This document shows, piece after piece, positions 1 through 8,873 of a stretch of DNA of 60,165 nt. Location of the stretch: the IMG/VR virus record IMGVR_UViG_3300018405_000021, positions 1 to 60,165 of that record; one strand, given 5' to 3'. The notes under the pieces were generated by a model that saw only the letters and a program-made list of their open reading frames with translations, searched no databases and was not told where the DNA came from. The DNA is from a virus (lineage: Duplodnaviria > Caudoviricetes). Within the stretch, counting starts at the first letter, position 1. Every line of letters starts with the position of its first letter. Made by a program: the position numbers and the translations under genes.

Positions 1-281
1 CTCTGATGTTGATCGGCGGATTCACCGAGAAGCCAATTGTGAAAACCAGACGTGTTGCTGGTGAACCTGTCCTCTATCGACCATGGAAGCTTGATTTCAT
101 CGCTGCCGTCGAAGAAACGAACCGTAAGCACTTCCGGCGTCGGCTCCTCTTCCGGCCCGTTGATGGAAGCCTTGCAGCCAGGGTTTACCTTGAAGGTAAC
201 GACCATCTTCAATTCGATCTCAGTCCCGCATTCGAAACCGTTGATGGAAATGTCTTGCTCTGCTCGATACTGTTGCGTCAC
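1..281 (-). CDS. Hypothetical protein, 5' part (continues across the junction at 60165..60102)
   Basis: GTG at 281 opens MTQQYRAEQDISINGFECGTEIELK...ESADQHQ, with no stop before the window edge. Confidence 0.75.
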   Translation of the reverse strand, partial: MTQQYRAEQDISINGFECGTEIELKMVVTFKVNPGCKASINGPEEEPTPEVLTVRFFDGSDEIKLPWSIEDRFTSNTSGFHNWLLGESADQHQ

Positions 282-282
282 T

Positions 283-690
283 TCATTCTCCCTTTGCTGT
301 TGCAATCGCGACCCCGGATAAAATCCGCGATGTCGCCCTTACTGTTGCCTCATACCCGTCGAAGTCTGAATAAATGCCCCACAATGTCAGGGCCAGTTCG
401 TGCGGGTTGATACCTGTTCGCGCCCAAAAATCGCGCTCATTCATGCCGTGCTGACGGCGGTGCTGGACCGGCGACAGCGGAAGCGCCCATCGATCTGGCG
501 CTTTCTTCCCTCTTGCCCTGCCGTAATGACCGTAGCGCGGTGCGGAATACGACAGGTGTGCGGCTTCTACCCCTAATCCGCCCGTAACGGCGCAAGGAAG
601 CGTGTGAAGCCACGCTAGGTAGTCTGGCCGCTTTTCTGTCTTAACGCGCGCTGGCGGGGCATTGTCGGGCTTTACGATACGCATTGCCAT
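283..690 (-). CDS. DUF968/Ref-like HNH-fold protein
   Basis: YLAWLHTLPCAVTG...EAAH...PDRWALPLSPVQHRRQH pattern. Confidence 0.7.
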   Translation of the reverse strand: MAMRIVKPDNAPPARVKTEKRPDYLAWLHTLPCAVTGGLGVEAAHLSYSAPRYGHYGRARGKKAPDRWALPLSPVQHRRQHGMNERDFWARTGINPHELALTLWGIYSDFDGYEATVRATSRILSGVAIATAKGE

Positions 691-893
691 TTGTCGGCCT
701 CCTGCTTCAGCGCTTCATCGTCTTCACTTCCTTCGTAAATGACGATGGCATAAATTCCGGACGATGATCCATCTTTCGGCGTGACCACGTGCGTCCTGAA
801 ATAGCCGCCTTCTAACTCTTCATGCTCGTCAATGACGTGTGACGCAATTGCGTGACAAATTTCCTTGTAGTCTAGCTTCCATGCCTGTTTCAT
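672..893 (-). CDS. Hypothetical protein
   Basis: ORF packed in the leftward operon, overlapping the next gene. Confidence 0.6.
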   Translation of the reverse strand: MKQAWKLDYKEICHAIASHVIDEHEELEGGYFRTHVVTPKDGSSSGIYAIVIYEGSEDDEALKQEADKWQCVS

Positions 894-896
894 GGC

Positions 897-1598
897 TCAC
901 GACCCTTTCCGTTCGTCAAGGCGGCGCTTGAGTTCGTAGCTGACTTTCGAGTTCATGGCCGGCACGTGATCCTTAGCCTTGCCCTTCCACGCAAATTCAG
1001 GATTGAGGCAATACATCTTGCTAACGCCGCGATCCGGCTTCTTCTCGAGGATGATGCCCAATTCAACAAGGCGCTTGATCGACCGGCTGACGTTACTCCG
1101 CTTCATCCCCAGTTGATCCGCCATCTCGCTTTGGTTGACAACGGCGAATTCGTTGTTGAATTTTGCATCAACCGTCAGGGCCAGCAATATGGCCAAACCA
1201 TCACCGCCAATGCGCTTCCTATTGCAGGCTATAGACATGATGATATCTTGGTTCATTATGATCCATCGCTCTCCGAACTCTTCAAGGATAACTGATTTGT
1301 TGCTGGCTTCCTTGAAAAGGTGAATTTCCGGCGGGAGGATTGTTTCCATTTCTTCCGAAAACTTAAACCACTCTCCACGTATTCTGAGATGGCTGAAGTG
1401 CTTGTGCAGCCATTTCTCCTCGGCAATTCCTCCTGGAATAGTTCTGAACACATGAAGGTCATGTGGAGAGCCGATTTTCAATTGCGATAGGCGCTTACTT
1501 ACGTTTGTTGCCTTGCCGATTTTCACTTCTCCATATCGATTTTTAATGAAATAGACGACGCTCCTATTTCTTCCCGTTTCGGTAATGCTCATCAACAA
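897..1598 (-). CDS. T5orf172/GIY-YIG-like nuclease domain fused to a RepL-like winged-HTH domain
   Basis: N-term VYFI...VKIG...KRLSQL...EKWLHKHF...GEWF; C-term NQSEMADQLGMKRSNVSRSIKRLVELGII...YCLNPEFAWKG. Confidence 0.7.
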   Translation of the reverse strand: MLMSITETGRNRSVVYFIKNRYGEVKIGKATNVSKRLSQLKIGSPHDLHVFRTIPGGIAEEKWLHKHFSHLRIRGEWFKFSEEMETILPPEIHLFKEASNKSVILEEFGERWIIMNQDIIMSIACNRKRIGGDGLAILLALTVDAKFNNEFAVVNQSEMADQLGMKRSNVSRSIKRLVELGIILEKKPDRGVSKMYCLNPEFAWKGKAKDHVPAMNSKVSYELKRRLDERKGS

Positions 1599-1701
1599 TC
1601 CTTCTCAGAAGTTCAGCCATGGTCATTTCGAGCGCCTCAGCCTCCTCTTTGAGGAGACTAATCTGGCGCTCAGACAAAAATACGGTTGTTCGCTTTTGCA
1701 T
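1564..1701 (-). CDS. Ribbon-helix-helix (CopG-like) regulator, 45 aa
   Basis: MQKRTTVFLSERQISLLKEEAEALEMTMAELLRRIVDEHYRNGKK; below the ORF-track cutoff; paralogous to 3051..3185. Confidence 0.75.
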   Translation of the reverse strand: MQKRTTVFLSERQISLLKEEAEALEMTMAELLRRIVDEHYRNGKK

Positions 1702-1707
1702 GTATAT

Positions 1708-1736
1708 ATCCTATGTTCCTTGTATTCACTTGTCAA
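1708..1736 (-). promoter_or_regulatory. Sigma70-like promoter, probably giving a leaderless RHH mRNA
   Basis: TTGACA-17 nt-TAGGAT, with the ATG 6 nt downstream. Confidence 0.65.
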
Positions 1737-1841
1737 GAGGCCTACGCGGCCCAAACCCGCGCCAGACGCCGCGCGTCTGGACTGCACACTTTGACGCATC
1801 GCCCGCTATCTGGGGAAGTGCATTTTTTGCTTTGGAATGGG

Positions 1842-2009
1842 TTAAACAAACCCGCGATCCTTATGCAGAGCCGACCATGCCCGTTCAAGACGTGCAGCGG
1901 CTTCATCCGGCCAGCGCAACGCAAGGCGGCGCGTCAACGTCGCCATTTCAGCCTGTGCGGCTTCGACAACCCACTTCGGCTTTGCTTCTTTCCAATCGCG
2001 CTCCATCAT
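1842..2009 (-). CDS. Hypothetical protein, 55 aa
   Basis: MMERDWKEAKPKWVVEAAQAEM...; ATGA overlap with the upstream ORF. Confidence 0.5.
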   Translation of the reverse strand: MMERDWKEAKPKWVVEAAQAEMATLTRRLALRWPDEAAARLERAWSALHKDRGFV

Positions 2010-2197
2010 TTTCCCTCTTTCAAAGCCCGCGTCATCGCATCGCGCCGACGCTTCCTGATTTCCTTCACAGGCCGGTGTGCGCGTATCGCCTCACGTTCGG
2101 CCCGGTTGATCTCGTCCAGTTCCGGCATAGCCCGTGCCATCCGCCGGTTACGCCACCACGCGCATATCGTGAAGATGATGCGGTCTAGGCGGGTCAT
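2006..2197 (-). CDS. Hypothetical protein
   Basis: 4-nt overlaps with both neighbours. Confidence 0.6.
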   Translation of the reverse strand: MTRLDRIIFTICAWWRNRRMARAMPELDEINRAEREAIRAHRPVKEIRKRRRDAMTRALKEGK

Positions 2198-2448
2198 GGC
2201 TCATCCCCTTCGATCTGGGCGACACTCCGCGCCCTGCGTTCAAGCGTCTGCATGGCTTGCAGATAAATACGGACGCCGTTGAAAAGCTGCTTGGCAACCG
2301 CTGCCCGCGCTAGGCCGTCTTGCGCGCTGATTTTCTTCTCGCGCATGTCGGTCAAGTCCTGAGACAGACCGCGAATGACGCTTTGCAAATCCAGGCTGTC
2401 ACTCACGGGTGATGTTTCGTAATCTCTGGGCGTCATGTCTATCTCCAC
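2194..2448 (-). CDS. Hypothetical protein
   Basis: Operon packing. Confidence 0.6.
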   Translation of the reverse strand: MEIDMTPRDYETSPVSDSLDLQSVIRGLSQDLTDMREKKISAQDGLARAAVAKQLFNGVRIYLQAMQTLERRARSVAQIEGDEP

Positions 2449-2708
2449 GGGTGCGCTTGACGGTATGCTTCATGGTCGAGCGCAGCGGCCAGAGCGCTTA
2501 TCTGTGTGGCGATACGCCGGTCACGAAATGCGCCTTGCGTCGGCGGGGTAGCGCCGTAGTTCCGTTCGCAGTTCTTGCATACCGGAGCGATTTCTCTGTG
2601 CCGACCATTGTCCCACCATACAGGGGAAATCTCGCGCTGGCATATAACGCATGTGAATGAAGGCTTGCCGCTCACTTCTCCATCCTCGCGATTTGATCGT
2701 TTACCCAT
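2439..2708 (-). CDS. Hypothetical Zn-finger-like protein
   Basis: CVIC...CKNC pairs; start uncertain. Confidence 0.5.
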   Translation of the reverse strand: MGKRSNREDGEVSGKPSFTCVICQREISPVWWDNGRHREIAPVCKNCERNYGATPPTQGAFRDRRIATQISALAAALDHEAYRQAHPWR

Positions 2709-2854
2709 GCCATGCGGACAGGATTGCGGTGATGAGTGCCTTCTTCTGCATCGATATCGTAGCGACCACCTTCATCAAAAGGGGTAATGGTGGATGGAAG
2801 GGACCTCTCAAAAGCAATCAGTATGGGGCGAATATCATCATCTTCCCGTGTCAT
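2672..2854 (-). CDS. Hypothetical protein
   Basis: ATGA overlap with the upstream ORF. Confidence 0.5.
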   Translation of the reverse strand: MTREDDDIRPILIAFERSLPSTITPFDEGGRYDIDAEEGTHHRNPVRMAWVNDQIARMEK

Positions 2855-3054
2855 TTCGATTTCTCCCTGTCTTTCTCGTGCATGTAGGCACGAACCACGT
2901 TGCGAAGGCCGAAGACAACGCCAGCAGCTTTATCTACCGATGCCTCTTTGTGGACGGACGCAAACCGTTCCATCTTTGCGACGAGGCGATCCATTTCCAG
3001 ATCGAGTTGGTCAGCGTCTTTCTGCTTGAACGTTCTGTATCCGCTATGCGTCAT
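2851..3054 (-). CDS. Hypothetical protein
   Basis: ATGA overlaps on both sides. Confidence 0.6.
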   Translation of the reverse strand: MTHSGYRTFKQKDADQLDLEMDRLVAKMERFASVHKEASVDKAAGVVFGLRNVVRAYMHEKDREKSK

Positions 3055-3185
3055 TTGCCGCCCATCTTCTCGTCAATCCACCGGCGTATTAGCTCGGCAA
3101 CGGTGATTTGCAGCCTTGCCGCCTCTTCCCGCAGGTAGTTGCGGCGCTCATCTGTTAGGAAAACTTCCAGTTTGGTCTTTTTCAT
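3051..3185 (-). CDS. Ribbon-helix-helix (CopG-like) regulator, 44 aa
   Basis: MKKTKLEVFLTDERRNYLREEAARLQITVAELIRRWIDEKMGGK; TTGACA at 3245..3240 upstream. Confidence 0.75.
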   Translation of the reverse strand: MKKTKLEVFLTDERRNYLREEAARLQITVAELIRRWIDEKMGGK

Positions 3186-3249
3186 TCGGCTCTCTTCCGC
3201 CTGTAATTCCGCATGTAAGATTTCATGGCAACCTTCCTGTGTCAATAAC

Positions 3250-3281
3250 AAAAAAGCCCCGCATGAATTAACATGCAGGGC
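3250..3281 (-). terminator. Rho-independent terminator
   Basis: GCCCTGCATG-TTAATT-CATGCGGGGC followed by T6 on the minus strand. Confidence 0.8.
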
Positions 3282-3286
3282 GTCGG

Positions 3287-4096
3287 TCATGGCATTTCGT
3301 CCCATGTTCTGCCGTCAAGTAATCGGCCGGCGGCTTTCTTCCCCACTCTCATGGATGGCGGCGGGCACTCACCCTTTGTGGATGTATACAGCAGCGCGTC
3401 GGCACTCCACTCCCCCCATTGTTTAAAATGGAACGCTTTTTTGCCCGCCACGCATTGGTCACGCAACTCTCTCGCCCAGTCTGGATGCATGGGCCGCGCT
3501 CCCTTGCCACTTTCCCCGCCGCATATGATGAGTTCCGGCATGATGTCGCTCGGTATCTCACCAAGGGGGGCGAGCATAGGCTCGACAGACCAGAACCTGA
3601 CTTTCGCGTCTATCGCCATAAGCTTGTGGCCGTCGCGAAGCATTTCATCACGATTGACAACCGTAGCGCCGATCCAGACATTCCGTGGAATTCCCAGCGG
3701 GAACATAAGGTCTAGGTAGCGCTTTGCGTTGCCGATGCGTTTTGTCAACAGCATCCAGTCAAGGCATGGGGTGGCGGTTATCAGCCTAGCCAGTTCATGC
3801 CGCCAATCGTCAATGATCGACGGGTGATTGTCGAACACATCGGCCAGCGATGCACAAAACACACGATGGCGCTCCCCGGCATAACTGGCGGCGCGGTTCC
3901 AAGCCCGTGGCTTATTCCAGTTCTGCACGCCGGTACGGGTTCTATCCGCTGCATGGCCCCATCGCGTTGCCGTTCCTTGCATACCTCTCGCATCCCACGT
4001 TTCGGCGTAGCAATGGTCGCATCCCGGCCCGACCTTCATGCATCCTATCCACGGGTTAAATGAAAAATCCGTCCACGAGATACTCGTTTCAGCCAC
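3287..4096 (-). CDS. Phage Gp37/Gp68 (DUF5131) family protein
   Basis: ISWTDFSFNPWIGCMKVGPGCDHCYAE, FCASLADVF, LLTKR, SVEPML, GGESG, FHFKQWGEW. Confidence 0.9.
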   Translation of the reverse strand: MAETSISWTDFSFNPWIGCMKVGPGCDHCYAETWDARGMQGTATRWGHAADRTRTGVQNWNKPRAWNRAASYAGERHRVFCASLADVFDNHPSIIDDWRHELARLITATPCLDWMLLTKRIGNAKRYLDLMFPLGIPRNVWIGATVVNRDEMLRDGHKLMAIDAKVRFWSVEPMLAPLGEIPSDIMPELIICGGESGKGARPMHPDWARELRDQCVAGKKAFHFKQWGEWSADALLYTSTKGECPPPSMRVGKKAAGRLLDGRTWDEMP

Positions 4097-4175
4097 GATT
4101 TCGTCTCCTTCTCTCTCGTCCTAATTGCTTAATGCGTCGGTGGACAGCCAAGTATGGGTTAGCCAAAACGGAGTT

Positions 4176-4982
4176 TCAGCCTCCTATATCACCAACTTCG
4201 CATTCAAACATTTCCGCGAAGTGCGCCAGATCGCTTTCCCTAAGTCGCGGGAATACAGTCGGATCGGCCTTGATCTGTGCATCGACCGAAAGAAAGATCG
4301 CCTTTAGCTGGTCGTGCAGTTCGGGCCGCAAGGTGTCTTTCCATCCGTCCTTAGCCGCGACCAGAGCGCGCCGTTTCGCATGTGCATCCAGGTCTTCATA
4401 AACGGGAATGGCCATAAGCTTCCGGCAACACTCGATCATCATTTCGCGGTCTACATCCGCTTGTAAATCGCGGCTTCCGGTTTCCTTGGTATCTATGGCC
4501 GGGCTGCCGCCATCTGCTTCTGTGACGGCTTCTCGTGCCGGTGTGTCGACATCTACGTCTTCTGCCGCCGCTTCACGTTTCAGCGTCGAAACGTCAACGC
4601 CGGTAATGCGCGAAAGCAGCGCGATCATCTGCTCCAGAGCGTCGGATAGTTCCGCGTCATCAAGGTCATTCAGAGAGCGCGGCCATTGCATCATGTTGCC
4701 ATGGGCCGACTTCCCCAGATTGACGATGCCGAGTGCCAGCTTGATGGCCTCATGCGCCTCCGTGCTGTTCTTCCACGGTGTTTTGCACTGCTTCATGACA
4801 AGACCGAGGATCGCCCACCAGCGCCTCACGTCTTTCCGGTTCTTCTCTTCCGTGAACTTTACCATGACAGTGGTGCCGTTCCGGTAACTGTCCAGACGCT
4901 CTTGGTCATAGGAAGAGGCCGGAACTAACCGGCCCCCTTCGATTTTCATTCTGAATGCTGGTTTGTCGTCTGCCTTAGCCAT
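4176..4982 (-). CDS. Hypothetical protein (possibly NinB/Orf-like, recombination-associated)
   Basis: Adjacent to ssb; RRWWAILG motif. Confidence 0.6.
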   Translation of the reverse strand: MAKADDKPAFRMKIEGGRLVPASSYDQERLDSYRNGTTVMVKFTEEKNRKDVRRWWAILGLVMKQCKTPWKNSTEAHEAIKLALGIVNLGKSAHGNMMQWPRSLNDLDDAELSDALEQMIALLSRITGVDVSTLKREAAAEDVDVDTPAREAVTEADGGSPAIDTKETGSRDLQADVDREMMIECCRKLMAIPVYEDLDAHAKRRALVAAKDGWKDTLRPELHDQLKAIFLSVDAQIKADPTVFPRLRESDLAHFAEMFECEVGDIGG

Positions 4983-4998
4983 CTATCTCCCCTGTGTT

Positions 4999-5445
4999 TC
5001 AGAACGGAATGTTGTCACCCATATCATCGCCCATGCTGGACGATGAACCGCCACCACGGGAAGCGCTACCGTTCCCGCCGCCATCACCATCGCGGCGACC
5101 ATCAAGCATGGTCAGGGTGCAATTGTAGCCTTGCAGAATGATCTCGGTTGAGTAGCGGTCGTTACCGTCCTTGTCCTGCCATTTTCTTGTCTGTAGCGAC
5201 CCCTCAATGTACAGCTTCGCGCCCTTCTTGACGTACTGTTCAACGACTTTGACGATGTTTTCGTTGAACACAACTACGCTGTTCCATTCCGTCTTTTCGC
5301 GACGTTCGCCGCTGGCCTTGTCGCGCCACGTCTCGGACGTAGCAATGCGCAGGTTGGCAATCGGCGCACCGGATTGTGTCCGTCTGATTTCGGGATCGGC
5401 CCCGACATTGCCTATCAGAAATACGCGGTTAACTGAACCTGCCAT
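4999..5445 (-). CDS. ssb: Single-stranded DNA-binding protein
   Basis: MAGSVNRVFLIGNVGADPEIR...EKTEW...IEGSLQTRKWQD, acidic tail ending DNIPF. Confidence 0.97.
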   Translation of the reverse strand: MAGSVNRVFLIGNVGADPEIRRTQSGAPIANLRIATSETWRDKASGERREKTEWNSVVVFNENIVKVVEQYVKKGAKLYIEGSLQTRKWQDKDGNDRYSTEIILQGYNCTLTMLDGRRDGDGGGNGSASRGGGSSSSMGDDMGDNIPF

Positions 5446-6344
5446 CACTTCGCCTCCTGTGCGCGAATTCGACTTGCTGCGCGCCGCTTGATCGCCAGCG
5501 CGATGCCCTGATTTGTATCGCCGTTCGGCTTGCCGTCGAACCGCGCCATGGGGTCGGCATTGGCCCAGACTTCCTCAAGGCTTTCCATATCGGTCACTAC
5601 CGAAACTTCGTCTTCCAGACGGGTGAAAAATTCGTTGTCGTCTTCCGGCCACGTATCCACGTCGTGGGCGGCGTTTTCGTTTTCCGCTACCGTGGCGTCG
5701 ATAATCACGCCGTCCGCGTCTGCGATCTCTATATGGGCCGCGGTGTCTGCTTTAACGGGTGACGGCGGCATGGGCGGAACGGGCGGCGTTTTGGCCGGCG
5801 TCACGTCGCGCATCTCCGCGATTTTCGCGCCTTCGTCTTCGTCGTAAATTCCGCTCAGGCTGAACGCATAACGGGCGCACTGGATGAGCGCCTTGTGGCG
5901 GAGCATGCGGTGCTTCATCTTCCACGGCTCCGTGTTCCGAACGCATTCAGACAGGTATTCCGTGACAGTGACGGGTCGGCTTCTGTCCTTCCGGTACATG
6001 CGGCAGGTGCATGAAATAAGGTTGCCTTTTTCGTCATGGTCGAAGTCGAACTCGAAACCGTCGCACGCCGGGTTCGAGTTGATGAGGTTCGTCCATCCGT
6101 CAATGGACAGGATCGGCACGATGCCGCCGCCCTTCGCTGGAAACGCATAGATTTCCTTCGTCAACGGGTTGAGGTCGTATTCCTTCGCGACCATCATCAG
6201 GGCCGCGAACTGTTCCGTGGTGTGGTTCGCTGGCATGACCGTGGCGCGAACTGTCTGTTCGAATGCCTTCGGGTCCATGTTGAACTTTTGCGCCATCGAC
6301 GCGATGAGCGACGGCTTTGCCGTTTCAGTGGTGATTGCGTTCAT
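5445..6344 (-). CDS. bet: RecT/Bet-family single-strand annealing protein
   Basis: LNPLTKEIYAFP...IDGW...EYLSEC...PW...RMLRHKALIQCARYAF. Confidence 0.9.
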   Translation of the reverse strand: MNAITTETAKPSLIASMAQKFNMDPKAFEQTVRATVMPANHTTEQFAALMMVAKEYDLNPLTKEIYAFPAKGGGIVPILSIDGWTNLINSNPACDGFEFDFDHDEKGNLISCTCRMYRKDRSRPVTVTEYLSECVRNTEPWKMKHRMLRHKALIQCARYAFSLSGIYDEDEGAKIAEMRDVTPAKTPPVPPMPPSPVKADTAAHIEIADADGVIIDATVAENENAAHDVDTWPEDDNEFFTRLEDEVSVVTDMESLEEVWANADPMARFDGKPNGDTNQGIALAIKRRAASRIRAQEAK

Positions 6345-6577
6345 CAGAAATCCATTTCCTCTTTCACTTCCGGCTGTTTCAGTTCGGCTTTGCGCACGAT
6401 TGTCGCGGTTGCCATTTCGCTTTCGTCTTTGATGGAGACGATCTCCACCTCCGTTTCGCCGCGCCGAGTTTCGACCACAACGCGATCACCGGTCGACAAG
6501 TCCATGCCGTCCGGGATGACATAATCGTATGTCTTGTCGTCTTTCTGCCATCGGAATTTCACGGATGCGTAGGCCAT
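6344..6577 (-). CDS. Hypothetical protein
   Basis: GGAG RBS; MAYASVKFRWQKDDKTYDY...GDRVVVETRRG. Confidence 0.7.
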   Translation of the reverse strand: MAYASVKFRWQKDDKTYDYVIPDGMDLSTGDRVVVETRRGETEVEIVSIKDESEMATATIVRKAELKQPEVKEEMDF

Positions 6578-6578
6578 T

Positions 6579-6806
6579 TTATTCTCCCTTCGGTGCGTGT
6601 TCATTCATGATCAGTTGCATTCCTGACCGGATGGCCGGAGTGACCGGCTCCGCAGGAACGGCGGCAAACGCCGCTTCAAGGGCTACCTTCATGTTTTCCC
6701 GACCGATGCGAAGTTCTTCATCGGTAAACAAGCCGGGATACTTATACCCGCGCTTCTCGATAACCGCTCTGTTTGCCACTTCGATCATTTCATCAGTGAT
6801 TTTCAT
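6579..6806 (-). CDS. Hypothetical protein
   Basis: MKITDEMIE start; ATGA overlap. Confidence 0.6.
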   Translation of the reverse strand: MKITDEMIEVANRAVIEKRGYKYPGLFTDEELRIGRENMKVALEAAFAAVPAEPVTPAIRSGMQLIMNEHAPKGE

Positions 6807-7828
6807 CGGATTTTCGCCTCTTCCTTCGTGGTGATCCCCGGAACCGTGCGGCCCGCATCAACGGCGCGCTGGGCCAGCTTGAGAAGCAGTTCGCGGCATT
6901 CCGGGTGCGACGACATATAAACCGCCAGAGCGGGCCAGTCCGTCACTTCATCGACAACGGTCACAGCCTTGACGCTGGCAGACTTGCCGTATGTGGCCTT
7001 AACTTGCGCTGACGGCTCCGCTGGCGCGCGTTTCGCCTCTTCCGGCTCTACCGCAGCGGGATTGCCTTCGTCGCGTTCTGTGACGCTCTCTGTGGCGATA
7101 CGGGCCTGTTCTGCGGCGATACGTGCCGCTTCTGCCTCGCGCTCTTTCTTGCGCTGATCGGCCAGCTTCTTCGTTCCCCATGCGTCGATTGCGTCACGGA
7201 TTTTTACGGCTCCAGCTTTCGCCCCCTTTACCAGCGGGTTCCATTTCTTATCGACGGCCTTGCAAGCCTCAAGGTGCGGGTCCTTCTGCTTGACGCGGAC
7301 CTTTTCCGCCGCGTTCGAAAGCTCATTCAGCCGGTTGCGAAGTGACAACGCCTTGCTGGCCGTTTCGTCGTCATTGATCGTGGCGTACTTGTCCACGCCG
7401 AGAAGCGCCGCATCGATCTGGTCTTTCAGTTCTTCTGTTTCATCAGCCTTTTCGCTGTTGTCGCCAACGGTCGGCGGCGTGATCTGGGCCGAAACGGTTT
7501 CATCGTCATCGGGCCACCGCCCGGTTTCTACCGCCGCGTCATAGGCTTCACGCGACACGGGGTTCCGGCAGCACCACGTCCAGATATCGACCGCATCGAC
7601 TTCGCGTCCGCTACGCAACGCAACCCATGCGCCGCCATCATCCTTCCAGATAGCAACCGGCTCATATGGACCGCCCTTGCGCTTCGTCCGGTAAAACCCT
7701 TGCTGCGGGTGGCCTTCATGGATAGGCGCTGACTTACCGCCGATCTGCGACGGATCAGCGAGGGCCGTAACCCACCAATCCCACACGCCGACAACGCGAC
7801 CGGCTACTTCTCCAATGCTTTCTACCAT
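6803..7828 (-). CDS. Hypothetical protein with a coiled-coil C-terminal half
   Basis: 341-aa ORF upstream of bet. Confidence 0.75.
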   Translation of the reverse strand: MVESIGEVAGRVVGVWDWWVTALADPSQIGGKSAPIHEGHPQQGFYRTKRKGGPYEPVAIWKDDGGAWVALRSGREVDAVDIWTWCCRNPVSREAYDAAVETGRWPDDDETVSAQITPPTVGDNSEKADETEELKDQIDAALLGVDKYATINDDETASKALSLRNRLNELSNAAEKVRVKQKDPHLEACKAVDKKWNPLVKGAKAGAVKIRDAIDAWGTKKLADQRKKEREAEAARIAAEQARIATESVTERDEGNPAAVEPEEAKRAPAEPSAQVKATYGKSASVKAVTVVDEVTDWPALAVYMSSHPECRELLLKLAQRAVDAGRTVPGITTKEEAKIR

Positions 7829-8046
7829 TTCACGGTTCTTTCCTGGTTGATCTTGTCCTGCAATGCGTAGTGGCTGTCAGCCCTTACAAGCGCCGCCGCC
7901 AGCGCGGCCAGAACGACAGCAGCGACCGTCATCACGACGATGATCCGCGACGATGTACGGCGATAATCATTCAGCGCCGCCATGTAGCGGCTATTCGCTT
8001 CATCAAGGCGGCGCTTTACTGCGATGTGGTCGAATTCGTTTGTCAT
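7822..8046 (-). CDS. Hypothetical membrane-anchored protein
   Basis: GGAG RBS; hydrophobic IIVVMTVAAVVLAALAAAL. Confidence 0.65.
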   Translation of the reverse strand: MTNEFDHIAVKRRLDEANSRYMAALNDYRRTSSRIIVVMTVAAVVLAALAAALVRADSHYALQDKINQERTVKW

Positions 8047-8101
8047 GGCTATCTCCGTTTGTTGGATGAGAACACCATGACAGACGGGAGTTAATGGGCG
8101 G

Positions 8102-8374
8102 TTAAGATCGGCCCTCGGCTTTCGCCAGTGCGTCTCTGGCCATTTGCTTAAGGGCAGCGTTGTTGTTGCGTCCGTCGAATGACGCTATAGCTTTAACTAC
8201 TTCCAGCAATTCAGGAGCGGCGAGGATAAGACGCTTGTCTTCTTCCGATGTGGCCGATACGCATATGCTGAAGTACCGGCCACCCATCATAGGTGATTTT
8301 CCTCCTTTGGCCTGTAGCCATTGCCCGTCATCGCTTAGACCCCACGGCCCCGGCGTGTGCTTCACTTCGCTCAT
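8102..8374 (-). CDS. Hypothetical phage protein (HTPGPW...LAAPELLE family)
   Basis: Motif pair common in phage early genes. Confidence 0.75.
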   Translation of the reverse strand: MSEVKHTPGPWGLSDDGQWLQAKGGKSPMMGGRYFSICVSATSEEDKRLILAAPELLEVVKAIASFDGRNNNAALKQMARDALAKAEGRS

Positions 8375-8384
8375 AGCCTCACCC

Positions 8385-8813
8385 TCACGCTGCATGGCCG
8401 TTGGCAGTCGAATACGTGCCGTACATCGCAGACACGCTCACCGGCTTCTCTGCCTGATGGTCATCCATCCAGCGCGCCCATGCCTTGGACTGCTTGACGT
8501 ACAGCGGCATGATGCTTTCGCACTGGTCACGGTCGTCGTAGTCGAGCGCATATTCTGCATCAGCCTCCATCAGCCATGCGTAAGCGCAGTCGTCGGTGAT
8601 ATCCTCGGCCTTTTCCCACGTCATAGTGTTGATGCGACGTACCTCGACCGTTTCATCCAGCAGGTAATGGCTGATGAAATCGAAGTTTCCGAACTCTCCG
8701 AAGAAAGCCGTCTCGCGGATGAAGCGCTTGCCATTGTACTGGTCGATAACTATCATCGCTTCGTCGGCCTCGATCATGTGCTTGCGGGTGGTTGCCATGT
8801 TCATGCCCTCCAT
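8385..8813 (-). CDS. Hypothetical protein
   Basis: ORF with GGAGG near alternative starts. Confidence 0.65.
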   Translation of the reverse strand: MEGMNMATTRKHMIEADEAMIVIDQYNGKRFIRETAFFGEFGNFDFISHYLLDETVEVRRINTMTWEKAEDITDDCAYAWLMEADAEYALDYDDRDQCESIMPLYVKQSKAWARWMDDHQAEKPVSVSAMYGTYSTANGHAA

Positions 8814-8873
8814 TGTGGAACTCGTTTACCAATCCGGCCCCCGTAAGGGCCGGTGAAGTAAGCGGTTCTTTGG

